64,000 bases of DNA from Candidatus Latescibacterota bacterium (GCA_965222075.1 OZ244937.1:4256001-4320000), one strand, 5' to 3'; numbered from the stretch's first letter, positions 20,770-29,645 are shown. Notes: generated from the letters alone by a model not told the origin. A program made the numbers and translations.

Positions 20770-21726
20770 ATGTTAGATTGGATTGTTGACGGCAAACAGG
20801 CGTGGCGAGAAGATACCATTGATGACATCCGTTCATGCACCGTCTCTTTGCCGGAGGACGGTCTTTCTGTCCTGGATAAGGCGGTTGAAGATCTGAAGGC
20901 CGGGTCGTGTCCGATAGAAGAGGCGCATGTGCGCGATTACGACTGTCCTGTTTTACGAGAGGCCGCCGGGACCGTGGCTGCTGCGCTTAAGACGGGCCGC
21001 GGATTTGCGATTGTGGATCGCGTGCCGATGGAGCGATACTCGCCCCGGGAAGCGAGGTTGATTTTCTGGCTTTTCGGCCAGCTCATTGGTTTTCCCCATA
21101 AGCAGAGCGCGAAAGGAGGGGTGCTGTTCGATGTGCGGGACGAGGGGCATGACATAACAAAAGGCTCTCGTTATGCGGTTACCAATGCCGAACTTACGTT
21201 TCATACGGACAATGCGCGAAGCGAGGCAGTCCCCGAATACGTGGGACTGCTCTGCGTGCATGCCGCTAAGACGGGAGGGGTCAGCCAGCTTGTCAGTGTT
21301 TACACGGTCCATAACGAGCTGCTGAAAAACCATGCCGATGTACTGGAGGTCCTGTACCAACCGTTCTACTTTGACCGCCGGGGGTTGAGCACAGAGGAGG
21401 AGTCTCCCGTTTCCCGTTTTCCGGTCTTTGAATGGGACGGCCGGGAGTTGCTCTGCCGTTTTATCCGTTATTATATCGAAGTCGGCCACGAGAAGGTGGG
21501 AGAGCCCCTGGCGCCCGATCAGGTCAGGGCCCTGGATGTTCTGCAAAGCCTGCTGCAGCGCCGGGATTTGCGGGTGGAGTTCACCATACAGCGCGGGCAG
21601 ATGCTGTTTTCCAACAATCACCGGGTGCTTCACAATCGCACCGCGTTTGAAGATTATCCGGAACCGGAGCGGCGGCGCCACTTCGTGCGGCTGTGGCTTT
21701 CGAGGCGTGGAAAAGCAGGGCATTGA
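20770..21726 (+). CDS. TauD/TfdA family Fe(II)/2OG dioxygenase
   Basis: FHTD, NN..VLHNR.AF.D, R...R.WL. Confidence 0.88.
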   Translation: MLDWIVDGKQAWREDTIDDIRSCTVSLPEDGLSVLDKAVEDLKAGSCPIEEAHVRDYDCPVLREAAGTVAAALKTGRGFAIVDRVPMERYSPREARLIFWLFGQLIGFPHKQSAKGGVLFDVRDEGHDITKGSRYAVTNAELTFHTDNARSEAVPEYVGLLCVHAAKTGGVSQLVSVYTVHNELLKNHADVLEVLYQPFYFDRRGLSTEEESPVSRFPVFEWDGRELLCRFIRYYIEVGHEKVGEPLAPDQVRALDVLQSLLQRRDLRVEFTIQRGQMLFSNNHRVLHNRTAFEDYPEPERRRHFVRLWLSRRGKAGH

Positions 21727-21727
21727 C

Positions 21728-21757
21728 GGCCCCTGAAGCGTCCGGGGCTTTTTTGTT
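21728..21757 (+). terminator. Intrinsic terminator
   Basis: GC stem gcccc...ggggc followed by a T-tract, directly after the TauD stop. Confidence 0.7.
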
Positions 21758-21818
21758 GATATCCGGTGAGGAGAGAGGTGGAACTTGGAACCGGGGTTGC
21801 CCGATAAGGAGTGGGGAT

Positions 21819-21941
21819 AAAAAGGGCCATTACCAAAGGGACCCAAGGTAGATTGTTGAGCGGGCTGACGTTCGTTCAAGACGTTGTTCAGAGACCGCTG
21901 AAGGTTGGCTACCTGTGGTGCCTGAGCAATGGCCTTTGCGT
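21819..21941 (-). ncRNA. Putative ~120-nt 6S-like rod-shaped ncRNA
   Basis: Upstream TTGACA-17-TATCTT promoter. Sequence folds by eye into one long hairpin with a central C/A-rich bubble and ends in a U-tract. No credible ORF. Confidence 0.6.
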
Positions 21942-21947
21942 GTAGAA

Positions 21948-21976
21948 AAGATAGTGCAGGAACGGACGGGTGTCAA
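21948..21976 (-). promoter_or_regulatory. Sigma70-type promoter for the putative ncRNA
   Basis: Minus strand TTGACA (21976-21971)-17bp-TATCTT (21953-21948). Confidence 0.7.
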
Positions 21977-22040
21977 CAAAAATAGACGGCGGAGACTCAT
22001 GTTCAAAGTTCACAGTGACTTATTTTCACGGACGCCGGGC

Positions 22041-22069
22041 TTGACACGGAGAGCATAAATTGGTAATTT
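22041..22069 (+). promoter_or_regulatory. Sigma70-type promoter for the sigma factor gene
   Basis: TTGACA-17bp-TAATTT; implies a ~140-nt leader. Confidence 0.6.
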
Positions 22070-22214
22070 TTATAGTGTTGGGAGTATGAGAAATTCATCG
22101 GTTGGAAAATCGTCACATGGGCGGATCTCGTGCAAACAAACCGCACTGCTTTAGATGAGATGATGGTGGTGTGGTTTTTTTGTATGCACGGGATTATCAC
22201 TATAGTGAGGACCA

Positions 22215-23063
22215 ATGGCATCACTTGGCGATGAGAAGAACTCTCTCCAGCTTTACATGGAAGATGTGGCTACATCTCGCCCTCTTTCGGCCCAGGAGGA
22301 AGTTAATCTGGCGTCCCGAATCAAAAAGGGCGACATGGGGGCCCGTGCAAAACTGGTGGAGGCCAACCTGAGATTTGTAATTACTATTGCCCGGAAATAC
22401 CAGAACCAGGGGATGCCCTTAGAAGACCTGATCAGCGCCGGGAACCTTGGCCTGGTTACGGCTGCAGAGCGGTTCGACGAGACGCGAGGCTTCAAGTTCA
22501 TCTCTTATGCAGTCTGGTGGATCCGGCAGTCCATCCAGCACACCTTGGCAGAACACCCCCGCATGGTGCGCCTGCCGATAAACCGTGTGGATCTGCTGCG
22601 ACGGATCTTCAAATATATCAACAATCGAGATTGGGAGACCTCTCATCAGCCGGATGAAGAGGAGATTGCAAGAAAGCTGGGCGTATCTGTGGAAATGGTG
22701 AAGGATACACTGAGGCTGGCACGGAATGTCTGGTCTCTGGACGCCACATTTGGGGACGACAACGATAACAGTCTGATGAATCAGATGGTTGACGAGAACC
22801 AGGAGTCGCCCGATGCGCAGTCGATGCGCAACTCCCTTGTAAGGCAGATCGAAGTGGCTCTGGACACCCTCGACGAGCGTGAACGGGAGGTGATCAAGCT
22901 CTACTTCGGCTTAGATGGAACACACGGGATGACCCTGGAGGAGATCGGCTCCAAATTCGGGCTGACCCGCGAGCGCATACGACAGATTAAGGAAAAGGCA
23001 CTGCGCAGGCTTCGCAATCCCGCCCTGGCACGGCAACTCATGCCCTATGTAGAGGAAATTTGA
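22215..23063 (+). CDS. RpoD/SigA-family sigma factor, short FCB-type lacking region 1.1
   Basis: ANLRFV, FDETRGFKFISYAVWWIRQ, VRLP, TLEEIG..FGLTRERIRQI. Confidence 0.92.
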   Translation: MASLGDEKNSLQLYMEDVATSRPLSAQEEVNLASRIKKGDMGARAKLVEANLRFVITIARKYQNQGMPLEDLISAGNLGLVTAAERFDETRGFKFISYAVWWIRQSIQHTLAEHPRMVRLPINRVDLLRRIFKYINNRDWETSHQPDEEEIARKLGVSVEMVKDTLRLARNVWSLDATFGDDNDNSLMNQMVDENQESPDAQSMRNSLVRQIEVALDTLDEREREVIKLYFGLDGTHGMTLEEIGSKFGLTRERIRQIKEKALRRLRNPALARQLMPYVEEI

Positions 23064-23235
23064 TTTTAGTCATCATCAAATTCTCAGGAGTAACTGACCC
23101 CGGCGCTTCGCTACGGGGTTATGGATGAAAGAAACTTGCTCCCAGTCGGTTTATGGGGCGCATTTGAGCACCGTCCATATTGTATCGAATTGAGTTAAAT
23201 ACCGCAAGATGTGCTAAGTTTCTCAGGAGAGCATT

Positions 23236-23415
23236 TTGAATATGCAAGTTCACGGGAATGATATCGATAGAGCGCTTAAGGCCTTCAAACGCAAACTCCA
23301 GAAGGAAGGTCTCTTCAAAGAGATCAAAAAGAGAAGGTTTTATGAAAAGCCCTCAAAAAAAAAGAAGCGGAAACAGAGAGAGGCGAAGCGGAAAAGCGTG
23401 AAGCGTGGCATGTGA
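23236..23415 (+). CDS. rpsU: 30S ribosomal protein bS21 (59 aa; missed by the ORF track)
   Basis: AGGAG RBS. Translates as (M)NMQVHGNDIDRALKAFKRKLQKEGLFKEIKKRRFYEKPSKKKKRKQREAKRK; YEKPS motif. Alternative ATG at 23242. Confidence 0.9.
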   Translation: MNMQVHGNDIDRALKAFKRKLQKEGLFKEIKKRRFYEKPSKKKKRKQREAKRKSVKRGM

Positions 23416-23496
23416 AATGGAGATCAGCGTTTATACATCACCTTGCCGTTCTTTTGACGTTTGACAGTTGTAGAGGTTTTGTGGCATAGTGGAACG

Positions 23497-23521
23497 GGGG
23501 CACGGCATGCCGTGCCCTTAC
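23497..23521. repeat. REP-like palindrome overlapping the thiE stop
   Basis: ggggcacggcatgccgtgcccttac; copies at 25761 and 39257, variant at 8615. Confidence 0.75.
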
Positions 23522-24150
23522 GGGTGTACGGACCGGATGCGGTCCATCAGGGTGCGGGTGGCCGCTTCGGGGTCGCTTTGGCAGCAGACGGCGGAGATGA
23601 CGGCGATGCCGTGGGCGCCTGCGCAGATGACGTCTGCTGCTGCCGCCGCGTCGATGCCCCCGATGGCGATGACGGGGACGGACAGGTTGTGCACTATTTC
23701 GGAGAGTTTGCCCAGGCCCTGCGCCGCTCCAGCGTCCGGTTTGGAGCCGGTGGAATAGATGGGGCCGAAGCCGACGTAATCGGCCCCGTCGGCGATGCCC
23801 TGCTGCGCTTCTTCGAGATTGCCGCCCGAGACGCCGATGATCCGGTCGGGGCCCAGGAGGTCTCTGGCCAGGCGGACCGGGAAGTCGTCCTGCCCGAGGT
23901 GGACGCCGTGGGCGCCCGCGGCGATGGCCACGTCGACCCGGTCGTTGACGATGAAGGTGATACCGGCCTGCGTGCAGATTTCCTGCATGGCCTCTGCGGT
24001 CTCGATCATGTCGCGGGTGGCGCCGGTTTTCTGGCGGTACTGGACCGTGTCGGCGCCGCCGGCAGCGGCGAGGCGGGCCAGGTCGAGGTGCGAGTAGCGG
24101 TCCTGCAGGAGGGTGTCGGTGAGGACGTGGAGGACGCCGATTTTTTTCAT
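23518..24150 (-). CDS. thiE: Thiamine-phosphate synthase
   Basis: VQYRQK, IVNDRVD, GVHLGQDD, GPIY.T.SK, AIGGI. Confidence 0.92.
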   Translation of the reverse strand: MKKIGVLHVLTDTLLQDRYSHLDLARLAAAGGADTVQYRQKTGATRDMIETAEAMQEICTQAGITFIVNDRVDVAIAAGAHGVHLGQDDFPVRLARDLLGPDRIIGVSGGNLEEAQQGIADGADYVGFGPIYSTGSKPDAGAAQGLGKLSEIVHNLSVPVIAIGGIDAAAAADVICAGAHGIAVISAVCCQSDPEAATRTLMDRIRSVHP

Positions 24151-24220
24151 AGAAAATCTCCGATACAACTGGGCGCTGGCGACCCGTACCCAGGTATACC
24201 GTGAGCGCCAGGAAAGGAAG

Positions 24221-25018
24221 TCAATGGCCTTTTGAGAGGAAGTAGAAGTGGTTGGTGGGGCCGTGGCCGTGACCGATGGAGAGGCTGTAGCGGATCGCTT
24301 CGGTGACGTAGATTTTTGCGCTGCCCACGGCCTCTTTCAGCAATTTTCCGTTCGCCAGGCCGGCGGCGATGGCGGCGGAATAAGTACACCCGGTTCCGTG
24401 CGTGTTTTGGGTATCAATCCGTTCGCCTGCAAAGAGGGTCTCCTCACCTCCGTCGAAGAGGATGTCCAGGGCCTGGGGATGGTCTTCAAGGTGGCCGCCT
24501 TTGACCAGGACGGCCCGGGGGCCGTAGTCGAAGATTTTCCGGGCGGCCTCTTTGGCCTGGTCGACGGTTTCGATTTCCATGTCGGCCAGCAGCCGGGCTT
24601 CGTGAATGTTGGGGGTTACAAGCGTTGCGAGGGGGAGGAGGCGGTCTTTGACGCTTTCGAGGGCGTCCGGTTTGAGGAGCGCGAATCCGCTTTTGGAGAT
24701 CATCACCGGATCGACGACCAGGTTGGCGACCTGGCGTCTGGCGAGTTGTTCGGAGACGGCCTGGACTATGGCGCTGGAGGAGAGCATGCCGGTTTTGACG
24801 GCAGCGACCTCAAAGTCGTCGAAAATGGCGTTGATCTGGGCCACGATCAGGTCGGTCGGGAGGTCGAAGGCCTGCCGCACCTCCCGGCTGTTCTGGGCGG
24901 TGATGGAGGTGATGACCGACATGCCGAAGGCGCCGTTGGCGTGAAAGGCCTTGAGGTCGGCCTGAATGCCGGCGCCTCCTCCAGAGTCAGATCCGGCGAT
25001 GGTGAGGACTTGTTTCAT
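24221..25018 (-). CDS. thiD: Hydroxymethylpyrimidine/phosphomethylpyrimidine kinase
   Basis: IAGSDSGGGAGIQADLK, DPVM, KGGH, THGTGCT. Confidence 0.95.
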   Translation of the reverse strand: MKQVLTIAGSDSGGGAGIQADLKAFHANGAFGMSVITSITAQNSREVRQAFDLPTDLIVAQINAIFDDFEVAAVKTGMLSSSAIVQAVSEQLARRQVANLVVDPVMISKSGFALLKPDALESVKDRLLPLATLVTPNIHEARLLADMEIETVDQAKEAARKIFDYGPRAVLVKGGHLEDHPQALDILFDGGEETLFAGERIDTQNTHGTGCTYSAAIAAGLANGKLLKEAVGSAKIYVTEAIRYSLSIGHGHGPTNHFYFLSKGH

Positions 25019-25067
25019 AGGTTGGGGAATTGCAAAATGAAAATTGCAAATTTCAGATGGGTCGCCC

Positions 25068-25752
25068 CTACGACGTTTCCCAGGCACCGAGGTAGGCCCT
25101 GACTGCGGCTTCGATGTTTTCTGCGGCGAGAATGCCCGACATGACGGCGATGCCGGCAGCGCCTGCGGACCGGCAGAGGGGGACGCGCTCGGGCGTGATG
25201 CCGCCCAGGGCGAAGACCGGGAGACCTGCCTGCCTGCGTGCCTGCGTCCCTCGGACAGGCAGGCTGGGGAGTGCTCGGCAGGCAGGCGGTCTGAACTGCT
25301 GAGCGGAGACCGGAAAGACCGACCGCCGGACCGTAGCCGGGTTTGGAAGCCGGAGGATAGGTAGGGCTGTAGGTTACGAAGTCTGCGCCTCCCTCTGCTG
25401 CCCGTTCGAGTTCCTGCAGGGTGTGCGTTGAGCAGCCGATGAGGAGGTGGTTTCCGTATTTCTGCCGTACCGCTCCAGGCGCGGGCCCCAAGGCCGGTAG
25501 GTGGACGCCCCGGGCGCCAAGTTCGACAGCGACCTCGGCTCGGGTGTTGATGGTGAGATGGGCGCCGCAGGCATCGGTCAGGCTCAGGATGTTACCGGCC
25601 AGCCGCCGGAGGGCATCCGTGTCCAGGTCTTTCTCCCGGAGTTGGACGAATCGGACGCCGGCGTCGAGCGCCCGGGCCAGGACCTCTTCGAGGGGGCGAG
25701 GCGCGCATGTGGCGCGGTCGATGATGAGGTAGAGGGGCGGCAGGCTGTCCAT
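25068..25752 (-). pseudogene. tenI: TenI/ThiE-like protein frameshifted by a 58-bp palindromic insertion
   Basis: VQLREKD, GVHLP, GCSTH, SKPGYG. The canonical C-terminus LPVFALGGITPERV...GIAVMSGI lies in another frame after the insert at 25229-25286. Confidence 0.8.
25229..25286. mobile_element. Nested miniature palindromic insertion (cctgcctgc...gcaggcagg)
   Basis: Removing these 58 bp restores QTAGLPVFALGG. A 23-bp inner element at 25241-25263 sits inside a 35-bp outer element. Confidence 0.75.
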
Positions 25753-25781
25753 CCGTTCTGGGGGCACGGCATGCCGTACCC

Positions 25782-26564
25782 TTAGGCCTCGGTCCGAACT
25801 GCGCCTTCTGGGGGCGTGGAGGCGGTGGCGTAGAGCTTTTTGGGGATGCGCCCGGCCTCGTAGGCGAGACGGCCGGCTTGGACGGCTTTGCGCATGGCCT
25901 CGGCCATTTTGACCGGGCGGCGGGCGCCCGCCACGGCGGTGTTGAGGAGGACGGCATCGCAGCCGAGTTCCATGGCCACGGCAGCGTCGGAAGCGGTGCC
26001 GACGCCTGCGTCGACGACGACGGGAACGACGACGGTGTCGAGGATGATCTGGATGTTGTAGGGGTTGCGGATGCCCATGCCCGATCCGATGGGCGCGCCC
26101 AAGGGCATGACGGCCGCGCACCCGATGTCTTCCAGTTTTTTGCAGGTGATGGGGTCATCGTTACAGTAGGGGAGTACCGTGAAGCCGTCTCGAACGAGGG
26201 TATCAGCGGCCTCTAAGAGGCCGCTGACGTCGGGAAAGAGGGTGCGCTCGTCGCCGATGACTTCGAGTTTAATGAGGTCGGTTTCGAGGGCCTCGCGTGC
26301 CAACTTGGCCGTGAGGACGGCATCGCGGGCGGTGAAGCAACCGGCGGTGTTGGGGAGCAGGGTGTAACGCGTCCGGTTGATCAGGCCGATCACGCTTTCG
26401 CCCGAAGGGTCGTTCAGGTTGAGCCGCCGGACGCCCACGGTGATGATCTCGGCGCCGCTGGCTTCGATGGCTTCAAGCATGATCTGCATGTTGGGGTAGC
26501 GGGCGGTGCCGATCAGCAGCCGCGATCGATAGGTTTTTCCCGCAAGCGTGAATTCTTCTGACAT
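25782..26564 (-). CDS. thiG: Thiazole synthase
   Basis: [38 protein letters not shown]. Confidence 0.96.
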   Translation of the reverse strand: MSEEFTLAGKTYRSRLLIGTARYPNMQIMLEAIEASGAEIITVGVRRLNLNDPSGESVIGLINRTRYTLLPNTAGCFTARDAVLTAKLAREALETDLIKLEVIGDERTLFPDVSGLLEAADTLVRDGFTVLPYCNDDPITCKKLEDIGCAAVMPLGAPIGSGMGIRNPYNIQIILDTVVVPVVVDAGVGTASDAAVAMELGCDAVLLNTAVAGARRPVKMAEAMRKAVQAGRLAYEAGRIPKKLYATASTPPEGAVRTEA

Positions 26565-26645
26565 GATGGCCTCTTATAATTGCGGATTGAAAAACGTTAA
26601 ATCCGAGTTCCGAAACCCACAATTGAAGGGAAGGGGGCCAGGGGG

Positions 26646-26855
26646 TTAGGTTCCTCCCTGCACCGCGTGGATAATATCCACCTGGTCGCCTGCTTGCAGG
26701 CGGATTGACGCCCAGTCTCTTTCGGCTGCGATCTCGGCGTTGATCGCTACGGCGATGCCTTTCTGAGAGGGGTCGATCTGGATGTCGATCAGCAGGTCGC
26801 GGACGGTGAGCCCGTCTTTGACCGTTCGTGCTTCTCCGTTGAGTGTGATCTGCAT
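26646..26855 (-). CDS. thiS: Sulfur carrier protein ThiS
   Basis: MQITLNGE...AVAIN...GD.VDII.AVQGG(T); lies between thiO and thiG. Confidence 0.9.
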   Translation of the reverse strand: MQITLNGEARTVKDGLTVRDLLIDIQIDPSQKGIAVAINAEIAAERDWASIRLQAGDQVDIIHAVQGGT

Positions 26856-26867
26856 GTCCGAGTCGTT

Positions 26868-28004
26868 CTACGAGAGGAATCGTTCGATCCCGAAGGGACG
26901 GATCGCGTCCGGCGTTTGACCGGTGAAGATGAGTTCGGCGATGGCATAAGCCGTAATGGGGGCCAGGAGGATGCCTTTCCGGTAGTGGCCCGTGGCCATA
27001 ACGAGGCCTTCGACCGGGGTTTTGCCCAGGATCGGGGCGTCGTCGCGGCTGCCAGGGCGAAGCCCGGCCGTGGTTTCCACGACGGGGAGATCGTAGATAC
27101 CGGGAACGGCCTCATAGGCGGTGCGAAGGAGTTCGAACAGCCCGCCCGCTGTCAGGCAGGCCTCGTATCCCATCTCCTCGGAGGTGGCGCCCACGACCAG
27201 GTGGCCGTTGTCTTTGGGGGCAAGATAGGCGACGGCAGAGGTTGACACGCGCGAGTACCAGACCATGGCGCCAAGGCGCAGGTCAGCGGTCATCTTCAGT
27301 CGGAGGATCTGACCGCGCACGGGGCGCACCGGCGGTTGAACAGCCCTGGGAAGGCCGGGGATAAGACGGGACCAGCAGCCAGCGGCCAGGACGACCGTGG
27401 CGGCGCTGTAGACCTCGTTGTGGACGCGTACGCCCCGGACGCGCTCGCCCTGGATTTCGACCGATTCCACAGGGGTCGATTCCCGAAGGGTTCCCCCCGC
27501 CTTCCGAAAGCCGAGCTTGAGGGCGTCGATGAGGAGGCGGTTGTCCACCTGGTGGTCCCCCGGACACCAGACCGCGGCGCTGATCTGCGCGGCGAGATGG
27601 GGCTCCCGTTCTCGCGCCTGCGCGCCGCTGAGCCACTCGACGGGCAGACCCAAGTTCCGCTGATAGGTGTGGCGGAACCGGAGGTATTCCACGTCGTCCC
27701 GGGTGATGCCCACCAGGAGGACGCCGTCGGGGCGGTAGCCTACATCGCGGCCGATGTCGGATTCGAGTTCGGCGACGAATTCGGGGAACCGCCTCAGGCC
27801 TTCCAGGCCGAACCGGAGGAGGCCCTCTTCTTCGAACCGGACCTCCGCTAAGGGGGTGAGCATGCCCGCAGAGGCCCAGCTTGCAGCCCGACCTGCCCGG
27901 TCGCGGTCGAAGAGGATGACCTCCCGGCCTCCCTTTGCAAGGCGCCATCCGATGCTGAGGCCGATGACGCCTCCGCCGACGATGATGATACGGTCTTTGT
28001 CCAT
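26868..28004 (-). CDS. thiO: Glycine oxidase
   Basis: GGGVIG, AS.ASAGML, PVRGQ, GLRP, GHYR.GILLAP.TA. Confidence 0.92.
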   Translation of the reverse strand: MDKDRIIIVGGGVIGLSIGWRLAKGGREVILFDRDRAGRAASWASAGMLTPLAEVRFEEEGLLRFGLEGLRRFPEFVAELESDIGRDVGYRPDGVLLVGITRDDVEYLRFRHTYQRNLGLPVEWLSGAQAREREPHLAAQISAAVWCPGDHQVDNRLLIDALKLGFRKAGGTLRESTPVESVEIQGERVRGVRVHNEVYSAATVVLAAGCWSRLIPGLPRAVQPPVRPVRGQILRLKMTADLRLGAMVWYSRVSTSAVAYLAPKDNGHLVVGATSEEMGYEACLTAGGLFELLRTAYEAVPGIYDLPVVETTAGLRPGSRDDAPILGKTPVEGLVMATGHYRKGILLAPITAYAIAELIFTGQTPDAIRPFGIERFLS

Positions 28005-28059
28005 TCCCAAAAAAGGACCGCCCTTCGAATCGTATCGAAAAGCGGCAACCGCCCGTTTT

Positions 28060-28138
28060 TTCGACTCCCTGCGCCGGTATGACCCGGATCAGGTTCAAAG
28101 GGTATGATCTCAGCTCGACAGACGAGCACCCCTGCACA
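28060..28138 (-). ncRNA. TPP riboswitch
   Basis: Minus strand AGGGGTGC...GCTGAGA..ATACCC.TTGAACCTGATCCGGGTCATACCGGCGCAGGGA upstream of the thi operon. Confidence 0.93.
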
Positions 28139-28163
28139 ACCTTAATTTGTTGGACCATCAATA

Positions 28164-28192
28164 AAGATACCATTTTGGCCCGCTTTGGTCAA
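28164..28192 (-). promoter_or_regulatory. thi operon promoter
   Basis: Minus strand TTGACC-17bp-TATCTT just upstream of the riboswitch. Confidence 0.65.
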
Positions 28193-28490
28193 GGGTTTCT
28201 CCTGTTCCTCCGTGGGTATTGCCAACATCCGCCGTTTCTCTATGGGTACCCGAGTTGGAATCCAACATGACAATCATGCTTATGCGCATGGTTTGGCATC
28301 ACCATCAACGCATCTCAGTAGATAGCCACAAGTTCCCTACTTTGACATTGAGGCAGGCGTTATTATGCAATTGAAATTCCCAATCTCGTACGGTTTTTAA
28401 ACCTCTTGACATCTGCAGTTAATTGATTATCTAAGAGAGCAGAAGGACAGACGACGGGCAGGTTCGACCATTTTTGAGGAGGGTTGTATT

Positions 28491-29645
28491 GTGGCGGATT
28501 TGAGCTTGACGGTGAGCGCCGGACCGCACCGGCGGGTACACTGTCCTGTATCGACGGTTGTTGAGGCGCCCGAAGGGGGTTTGGCCGTAACGATGACGAG
28601 GTCGAAAGAAAGGGTGCCTTGCCAGGCGCGTCGGGAGGGCGTGGGACTGCGGGTGAGCTGGATTGTAGAGGACCTGGCGGCGGGAGAGACCGCCGGGTAC
28701 GAACTCGACTTCGGCGGGGGAGAAGCGGCGGCGGATGGGGTGGCGCTTTCGCAAAAGGAGGACGAGGTCGAGGTCTTCATCGGAGGAAAGCATTTTACCA
28801 GCTACCGGTTCGGCTCAGACCTGGTCCGGCCGCACCTGTATCCGGTGGTTGGGCCTTACGGCGATGGGGTGACGCGCCGGTTGATACGCGAGGGTGAGGG
28901 AGACCACCACCACCACCGGTCGATCTGGATCTCCCACGGGGAGGTGAACGGGTTCGACAACTGGTCGGAGGCGCCGGGGCACGGGCGGACCGTGCACCGG
29001 GAACTCGATGCGCTGGAGAGCGGGCCGGTGCTGGGACGGGTTGTGGCAAAAAGCGTCTGGGTCGGAACGGAGGGGTGGAAGGGCCCCGGCAGGTCGGATG
29101 AGCTGGTTGAGGAGCGGGCGGGATTTACGTTCTACCACACGCCGCAGGAGGTCCGGATGATTGACATGCACCTGACGCTGACGGCGCTGAACATGGATGT
29201 GCTTTTTGGGGATACAAAGGAGGGAGGCCTGGCGTCGGTGCGGCTGGAGGAGTCGATGGAGGTCCGGGCCGGGCAGGGAGGACAGATCGAGAATGCGATC
29301 GGAGGGATCAACGAGGACGAGACCTGGGGGAAGCAGGCGGCCTGGTGCGACTATTCCGGGCCCGTGAACGGGAAGCGGGTGGGCGTTGCGATTATGGACC
29401 ACCCGGACAGCTTCAGGCATCCGACATACTGGCACGTGCGGAATTACGGGTTGATGACGGCGAATCCGTTTGGCCTTTCGCACTTTTACAACGATCCGAA
29501 GCGGCGGGGATACCACGTGCTGTCGCCGGGGGAGTCGCTGGTGGGGATCTACCGATTCTACATCCACACTGGAGATGCGGCAGAGGGACAGGTGGGGGAG
29601 CGGTACCACGATTTTGCGCATCCGCCAAAGGTGGAGGTGGGGTAG
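28491..29645 (+). CDS. DUF6807 ('PmoA-family' annotation) carbohydrate-associated protein
   Basis: P..YPV, DH.HHRS.W, GDTKEGG, WCDYSG, WHVR.YGL..ANPF. Confidence 0.7.
   Translation: MADLSLTVSAGPHRRVHCPVSTVVEAPEGGLAVTMTRSKERVPCQARREGVGLRVSWIVEDLAAGETAGYELDFGGGEAAADGVALSQKEDEVEVFIGGKHFTSYRFGSDLVRPHLYPVVGPYGDGVTRRLIREGEGDHHHHRSIWISHGEVNGFDNWSEAPGHGRTVHRELDALESGPVLGRVVAKSVWVGTEGWKGPGRSDELVEERAGFTFYHTPQEVRMIDMHLTLTALNMDVLFGDTKEGGLASVRLEESMEVRAGQGGQIENAIGGINEDETWGKQAAWCDYSGPVNGKRVGVAIMDHPDSFRHPTYWHVRNYGLMTANPFGLSHFYNDPKRRGYHVLSPGESLVGIYRFYIHTGDAAEGQVGERYHDFAHPPKVEVG

Noticed and set aside
21819-21941. SRP (4.5S) RNA or simple terminator interpretation of the long hairpin
   Set aside because: Lacks the TCAGG-GRAA-AGCAG domain IV motif; much longer than a terminator and has its own promoter
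23171-23200. dif-like string (…ccatattgtatcgaattgagttaaat)
   Set aside because: The right arm resembles the XerD site, but spacing to a XerC-like arm is 9 bp rather than 6, and it lies 13 kb from the skew flip
25015-26121. 368-aa ORF from the track as a real protein
   Set aside because: Chimera of a thiG alternate frame, the tenI N-terminus and post-frameshift sequence
28200-28400. Possible small ORF or RNA in the thi/DUF6807 divergent spacer
   Set aside because: No recognisable ORF, RBS or stable structure beyond promoter-like elements
28491-29645. Particulate methane monooxygenase
   Set aside because: Soluble DUF6807-type protein; the 'PmoA' family label is misleading and there is no pmoB or pmoC
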